The notes under the pieces are model-generated. The model worked only from the letters and a program-made list of their open reading frames with translations, made no database searches and was not told the DNA's origin. DNA of 30,000 nt from an uncultured Endozoicomonas sp. (GTDB lineage Bacteria > Pseudomonadota > Gammaproteobacteria > Pseudomonadales > Endozoicomonadaceae): assembly GCA_900299555.1 (NCBI GenBank), contig OODV01000016.1:21065-51064 (forward strand). The letters run 5' to 3'. A program made the translations under genes and the position numbers. Below, one piece after another: positions 25,382-30,000 of this stretch. The stretch's first letter is position 1; every line of letters starts with the position of its first letter.

Positions 25382-26302
25382 ATGAAGAAGCTCACCAAAA
25401 TGCTTCTGGTGTCAAGCATGGCAATTCTGGCTGGCTGTGGTCAGAAAGATGATGGACGTATCAAGATCGGCGCCTCTTTCTGTGCATTCAACGACACTTT
25501 CCAGATGTATATGAAAGATGCCATGGATGCCAAAGCGGCCGAACTGGGTGATGTTGACGTGGTCTACACCGACGGCAAAGAAGACATCACCATTCAGCTC
25601 TCTCAGGTTGAAAATTTTATAGCCCAGGGTATGGACAGCATGATCGTCTGCCCAACCAACGGCGATGCTGCCAAATCTATCTCCGATGCTGCCATCAAAG
25701 CAGGTATCAGTATTGTTTATCTGAATAGAATGCCAACAGAACTTCCTGACGGAACGTACTACGTCGGTTCCGATGAACGCACTGCTGGCCAGATTCAGGG
25801 CAAATACATTGCTGAACAGTTACAGGGAAAAGGACAGGTCGGTGTCATCATGGGTATTCCCGGTCTGGATAACACCGTTAAGCGTACCGAGGGTGTGAAA
25901 GATATCCTGAAAGATCACCCAGAGATGGCGGTTACCCGTGAGCAGACTGGCCGCTGGATGCGCGATCTGGGCATGAGCGTTGCGGAGAACTGGATCACTT
26001 CCGGCGACAACATGGCCGCCATCATTGCCAATAACGACGATATGGCTCTGGGTGCCGTCGCAGCGCTTGAAGCCAGTAACATGAAAGACAACGTTCTGGT
26101 AATGGGTATTGATGCCACGCCCGATGCCCTGGCTTTTATGAAAGATGGCCGCCTTGATGCCACCGTCTTTCAGGACCCTGTCGGTCAAGGTGCCGGCAGC
26201 CTGATGGTCGCTTACAACCTTGCCAAAAAACAGCCGGTGGAAAAGGAAACCTGGATTCCTTTCGAGCTGGTCACACCTGAAAACTACAAAGACTACCTGT
26301 AA
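25382..26302 (+). CDS. Periplasmic sugar-binding lipoprotein of an ABC transporter (PBP type I, RbsB-like), probably inositol-related
   Basis: The signal peptide carries a lipobox (MKKLTKMLLVSSMAILAGCGQ). The fold pattern is RbsB-like (IGASF...VVYTDGKED...GMDSMIVCP...IANNDDMALGA...GIDATPDA). I chose the ATG at 25382, which has a GAGGG ribosome-binding site, over the GTG at 25370. Confidence 0.8.
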   Translation: MKKLTKMLLVSSMAILAGCGQKDDGRIKIGASFCAFNDTFQMYMKDAMDAKAAELGDVDVVYTDGKEDITIQLSQVENFIAQGMDSMIVCPTNGDAAKSISDAAIKAGISIVYLNRMPTELPDGTYYVGSDERTAGQIQGKYIAEQLQGKGQVGVIMGIPGLDNTVKRTEGVKDILKDHPEMAVTREQTGRWMRDLGMSVAENWITSGDNMAAIIANNDDMALGAVAALEASNMKDNVLVMGIDATPDALAFMKDGRLDATVFQDPVGQGAGSLMVAYNLAKKQPVEKETWIPFELVTPENYKDYL

Positions 26303-26335
26303 TCCACCACCGCATAGAAATAGCAGCCGTTTGAG

Positions 26336-26374
26336 CCACAAAGTCACTGAAATCAACTGTTCAGCACTTTGTGG
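26336..26374 (+). other. Intercistronic hairpin between the binding-protein and ATPase genes (possible attenuator or mRNA-stability element)
   Basis: ccacaaagt (26336-26344) pairs with actttgtgg (26366-26374), with a nested ctgaa/ttcag pair inside. No clear T-tract follows. Confidence 0.35.
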
Positions 26375-26397
26375 TTCAACCAACCGATGGAGGCAAT

Positions 26398-27897
26398 ATG
26401 CAAGCAGAGGCAGAAGTTGTCCTCGATATGCGGGGAATTTCGAAATCCTTCCCTGGCGTCAAGGCACTGGATAACGTGCAACTGAGCCTGAAAAAAGGCA
26501 GTGTCATGGCCCTGATGGGCGAGAATGGCGCCGGTAAATCAACACTGATGAAAATACTGTTCGGCATGTACAGCCGTGACAGTGGCACCATCACTCTGGA
26601 TGGTCAGGACGTTCAGTTTGACAGCGCACTCGATGCCCTGGAAAACGGTGTCACCATGATTCATCAGGAACTGGCCCCTATCCTTCACCGAAGTGTCGCA
26701 GAAAACATCTGGCTTGGCAGAGAGCCAGTGAAAGGTCCTCTGGGACTGGTCGATCATGACAAAATGTGGGCAGACAGCCAGAACCTGCTACGCAGCCTGG
26801 ATCTGGACATGGATCCGAAAAAACGGATGTGTGAACTGACCGTCGCACAAATGCAAATGGTCGAAATCGCCAAGGCCATCTCCTATAACGCCCGCATCAT
26901 CATCATGGATGAACCTACGTCATCCCTCACCGATAAAGAAGTTAAACACCTTTTTGAAATCATCCGCCGATTGAAAGAAGAAGGCGTCTCCATTGTCTAT
27001 ATCAGCCACAAAATGGATGAAATCTTCCAGATATGCGATGAAATAACCGTCTTTCGTGATGGCCAGTACATCAGCTGTGTATACAGCAGAGACACCAGCC
27101 AAAGTGAGCTTATCAACATGATGGTTGGGCGAGAGCTCAAGGATATGTTTGTTCGTGAGAGCCATCATATTGGTGAGCCCATGCTGACCGTCCATAAACT
27201 CACCCTTGAAGGTAAGTTTCATAACGTTTCTTTCAGTGTCCGCAAGGGTGAAATTTTTGGTATTGCTGGACTGGTCGGCGCTGGTCGTACAGAACTGATC
27301 GAGACCATTTTTGGTGTTAACCAGAAATCCTCTGGAACTATTTTTGTTGACGGGAAAGAAGTCGATATTCCCTCTCCTTCCACTGCCATAGAGCACGGCA
27401 TGGCGTTACTCACAGAGGATCGCCGCCAGACAGGGCTCAGCCTGATGCTCTCAGTAGAAGACAATGGGTGCATTGCCAATATTGATAATTACATCAACAA
27501 ATTCAAATTACTGGATCTTGTCCGTCTTAGAAAAGAAACCCGAGAGGAATGTCAGAAAATCCGGGTTAAAACCCCTTCCATGTCAACCCCCATCGGTAAC
27601 CTCAGTGGCGGCAATCAGCAGAAAGTACTGCTGGCTCGCTGGCTATTGACTCAGCCTGAGATTCTCTTCCTGGACGAGCCTACCCGGGGCATTGATGTTG
27701 GAGCCAAAGCTGAGATTTACAAACTGGTCAGCCAACTGGCTGCCCAGGGAAAAACCGTCATTATGGTGTCTTCTGAAATGCCGGAACTGCTTGGACTTTG
27801 TGACCGGATCATGGTCATGCATGACGGTAAGGCCAAAGGCATTCTCAGTCATGAAGAAGCCAGCCAGGAAACCATTATGGATATCGCTCTGAACTAA
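26398..27897 (+). CDS. Sugar ABC transporter ATP-binding protein (duplicated ABC domains, RbsA/MglA-like)
   Basis: It has a Walker A motif (GENGAGKST), two signature motifs (LTVAQMQMVEIA-type and LSGGNQQK) and two Walker B motifs (IIIMDEPT, ILFLDEPT). A GGAGG ribosome-binding site precedes the ATG at 26398. Confidence 0.9.
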   Translation: MQAEAEVVLDMRGISKSFPGVKALDNVQLSLKKGSVMALMGENGAGKSTLMKILFGMYSRDSGTITLDGQDVQFDSALDALENGVTMIHQELAPILHRSVAENIWLGREPVKGPLGLVDHDKMWADSQNLLRSLDLDMDPKKRMCELTVAQMQMVEIAKAISYNARIIIMDEPTSSLTDKEVKHLFEIIRRLKEEGVSIVYISHKMDEIFQICDEITVFRDGQYISCVYSRDTSQSELINMMVGRELKDMFVRESHHIGEPMLTVHKLTLEGKFHNVSFSVRKGEIFGIAGLVGAGRTELIETIFGVNQKSSGTIFVDGKEVDIPSPSTAIEHGMALLTEDRRQTGLSLMLSVEDNGCIANIDNYINKFKLLDLVRLRKETREECQKIRVKTPSMSTPIGNLSGGNQQKVLLARWLLTQPEILFLDEPTRGIDVGAKAEIYKLVSQLAAQGKTVIMVSSEMPELLGLCDRIMVMHDGKAKGILSHEEASQETIMDIALN

Positions 27898-27916
27898 CAG
27901 AGCGTTGAAGAGCATG

Positions 27917-27968
27917 TAACAGGAAATACAAGACAAACCATAAACAGAGTTAACCGTGTTTCCTGTTA
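27917..27968 (+). other. Intercistronic long-loop hairpin between the ATPase and permease genes
   Basis: taacaggaaatac (27917-27929) pairs with gtgtttcctgtta (27956-27968), a 13-bp stem with 1 mismatch and a 26-nt loop. Confidence 0.35.
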
Positions 27969-27990
27969 AGAGAGAATCAAGGAAATTACC

Positions 27991-29019
27991 ATGTCAAACC
28001 CCGCGTTATCCACAGGTGGACAACACCTGAGTACAGACGAAAAAAAAGTACTGATTAAAAGCATCATCAGTAAATACGGCATTTATTTTGTCTTTCTTGG
28101 TCTGGTGCTGTTCATGTCCATCATGCACCCGGCATTTCTGACCGTCAACAATATTTTGAATATCATACGTCAGGTTACCAGTATTGGCCTGATTGCCCTG
28201 GGTGTCACCATCATCATCATTACCCGCGGCATCGACTTGTCTTCTGGCTCAGTACTGGCACTGGTTTCAGTAATTGCAGCATCACTCGCACAAAACCCAG
28301 ACTGGGGTGCCAGAATGTATCCGGCCCTGCCGATGCTTCCCATTGTTGTCCCGATTGTTGTTGGCCTTGCTATCGGTGCATTGTGTGGCGGTATTAATGG
28401 CTTCTTTGTTGCCAAGACCGGTATCCCGCCTTTCATTGCCACCCTGGGTATGATGATCGTGGCTCGTGGTGCCGCCATGATCTATAGCGATGGTCGCCCT
28501 GTCAGCTCACTGACCCCGGAATATAACTTTATTGGTCAGGGTGAAATTCTTGGTATTCCTTTCCCGGTTATTCTCTTCGCCATTATGGCGGTGCTCTGTT
28601 ACATCCTGCTGAACCATACCCGCTTTGGTAAATACGTTTATGCCATTGGTGGTAATGAACAGGCAGCTCATGTGTCCGGTATCAATGTCGGCAAGTATAA
28701 AATTCTGGTCTATATCCTCGGCGGTGTGATGTCTGCCCTGGCTGCGCTGGTTCTCTCTGCCCGTATCAGCTCCGGCCAGCCAGGTCTCGGCAATATGTTC
28801 GAGCTGGACGCCATCGCCGCAGCCACCATTGGTGGTGTCAGTCACTCCGGTGGTATCGGAACCATTCAGGGTACCGTCGTCGGCGCCTTAATCATTGGTG
28901 TACTCAATAACGGTCTGGATCTGCTTAACGTCTCAGCATACTGGCAGATGGTGATCAAGGGCGTGATCATCGTGGCTGCGGTTGTCTTTGATATGCGCAA
29001 GAACGCCAGAAAGAGTTAA
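27991..29019 (+). CDS. Sugar ABC transporter permease (RbsC/BPD_transp_2 family)
   Basis: The 342-aa polytopic protein has RbsC-like motifs: [35 protein letters not shown]-like ([20 protein letters not shown]) and [11 protein letters not shown]. Confidence 0.88.
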   Translation: MSNPALSTGGQHLSTDEKKVLIKSIISKYGIYFVFLGLVLFMSIMHPAFLTVNNILNIIRQVTSIGLIALGVTIIIITRGIDLSSGSVLALVSVIAASLAQNPDWGARMYPALPMLPIVVPIVVGLAIGALCGGINGFFVAKTGIPPFIATLGMMIVARGAAMIYSDGRPVSSLTPEYNFIGQGEILGIPFPVILFAIMAVLCYILLNHTRFGKYVYAIGGNEQAAHVSGINVGKYKILVYILGGVMSALAALVLSARISSGQPGLGNMFELDAIAAATIGGVSHSGGIGTIQGTVVGALIIGVLNNGLDLLNVSAYWQMVIKGVIIVAAVVFDMRKNARKS

Positions 29020-29047
29020 AAACGACAACGAACACCCAGCTAAACAG

Positions 29048-29087
29048 GCACGAATTCAAAAAAAGTATTGTCTTTGTGAATTCGTGC
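29048..29087 (+). terminator. Terminator-like hairpin after the permease gene
   Basis: gcacgaattca (29048-29058) pairs with tgaattcgtgc (29077-29087), a perfect 11-bp stem with an 18-nt loop. It is followed by tcttgt, a weak T-tract. Confidence 0.45.
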
Positions 29088-29156
29088 TCTTGTGGTGAAA
29101 AAGCTTTCCTATTGCATTTTTTGATTCATAAACGACCAATAGCAGGAGTTGTAAAC

Positions 29157-30000
29157 ATGGCTATTCACAGACAGGAAAGCCAGTTCAGGATTGCCAATGC
29201 CCCCTGTTCCTGGGGAGTGGAAGACCCGGGCAATCCAGATAATCCACCGTGGCAGCAGGTTCTGGATGAGGCATCCAAAGCCGGCTACAAAGGGCTGGAG
29301 CTGGGGCCTTATGGTTTCCTGCCAACCGATCATGTGCAGTTGCGGGATGAGCTGGGTATCCGCGAACTGACCATCAGTGCCGGTACTATCTTTGAGCCGC
29401 TGTGGGATGAAGAACAGCGCCCATTTATTCTGCAGAAAACCCACAAAATCTGTCAGCTGCTCAACAAGCTGGGCAGTGAATATCTGGTGGTAATCGACAG
29501 TGTTAATGGTCTTCGCAGCTCCTATGCAGGTCTGAAAGACCTTGCCCCCAGGCTGGATAACTATCACTGGGAAATCATGATGAGCACTATTCGTCAGATT
29601 TCGGATATTGCTCATGAGTATTGCATCAAGCCTGTGCTGCATCAACACGCCGGTGGCTATATCGAGTATGCCGATGAGGTGACTCGCGCCATGGAAGACC
29701 TTTCTGACGACACCATCTCCCTTTGTCTGGATACCGGCCATTGCGTCTATGCCGACATGGATCCAGTGCACTGGCTTAAGCAGTGCAAAGATCGTCTGGC
29801 CTATGTTCATTTCAAGGATGTCCGTGCTGAGCGACTTAAACACTGCATCGACTCCCGCATGGGCTTCTGGGACGCCTGTAAATACGGTGTGATGTGCCCT
29901 ATCGGTGAAGGCTGTGTGGATTACCCTGCCGTTAAACAGGCTCTCACGGAAATAGACTACCGTGGATGGATTGTTATCGAGCAGGAGCGTGACCCAAAAG
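29157..30000 (+). CDS. Xylose-isomerase-like TIM-barrel protein (sugar phosphate isomerase/epimerase family; IolE/IolH/IolI-like), partial; C-terminus lies beyond the window end
   Basis: My own translation gives MAIHRQESQFRIANAPCSWGVEDPGNPDNPPWQQVLDEASKAGYKGLELGPYGF...LHQHAGGYIE...LCLDTGH...YVHFKDV...GWIVIEQERDPK. An AGGAG ribosome-binding site lies at 29144-29148. The track lists only its antisense shadow (29109-29843, minus strand). Confidence 0.7.
   Translation, partial: MAIHRQESQFRIANAPCSWGVEDPGNPDNPPWQQVLDEASKAGYKGLELGPYGFLPTDHVQLRDELGIRELTISAGTIFEPLWDEEQRPFILQKTHKICQLLNKLGSEYLVVIDSVNGLRSSYAGLKDLAPRLDNYHWEIMMSTIRQISDIAHEYCIKPVLHQHAGGYIEYADEVTRAMEDLSDDTISLCLDTGHCVYADMDPVHWLKQCKDRLAYVHFKDVRAERLKHCIDSRMGFWDACKYGVMCPIGEGCVDYPAVKQALTEIDYRGWIVIEQERDPK

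Noticed and set aside
29109-29843. 244-aa minus-strand ORF
   Set aside because: The plus strand encodes a well-formed TIM-barrel (xylose-isomerase-like) protein from 29157 with an AGGAG ribosome-binding site. That gene is missing from the track only because it runs off the window. The minus-strand ORF is its shadow.
1-30000. CRISPR arrays, tRNA/rRNA genes, IS elements, phage or defence-system genes
   Set aside because: No regularly spaced direct repeats, no cloverleaf-like GC-rich segments in the intergenic regions, and no integrase, transposase, nuclease or ATPase-type defence proteins appear among the translated ORFs. Every long ORF is accounted for by metabolic or transport functions.

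Overview
All calls below rest on reading the ORF translations and sequence by eye against family sequences recalled from memory; nothing was computed or searched. The window looks like gammaproteobacterial chromosome and holds two catabolic loci separated by an 875-bp AT-rich non-coding spacer. No rRNA, tRNA, CRISPR array, transposase or integrase was seen. Locus 1 (about 1456-14283, all minus strand) is an anaerobic-type L-carnitine cluster. Clear orthologues of E. coli CaiT, CaiA, CaiB, CaiC, CaiE and FixA, FixB, FixC, FixX are fused into one co-directional array, not the divergent caiTABCDE/fixABCX arrangement. Its most unusual points are: (i) the crotonase-fold CaiD slot holds an MFE-2-type hydratase-2 (double hot-dog, MaoC-like) protein with a deviant active-site motif; (ii) a sodium:solute symporter and an overlapping small membrane ORF sit between fixB and fixC; (iii) fixB is split by a frameshift; (iv) two copies of a GC-rich palindromic element (20 of 21 nt identical arms) flank the block carrying the small ORF, SSS gene, fixC and fixX, and one copy forms a terminator-like structure in front of caiE. 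Downstream on the same strand are an Aes-like esterase and a partial HAD phosphatase that appears to start at ATT. Locus 2 (15159-30000) is a myo-inositol utilisation locus. It has an RpiR-type regulator, iolJ-iolB-iolC-dehydrogenase-iolD-iolE on the minus strand, and a divergent MFS inositol-type transporter. These are followed by a sugar ABC transporter (binding protein, ATPase, permease) and a partial TIM-barrel isomerase/dehydratase-like gene. Two perfect GGAA-N6-TTCC palindromes sit in the two iol promoter regions and are candidate IolR operators.
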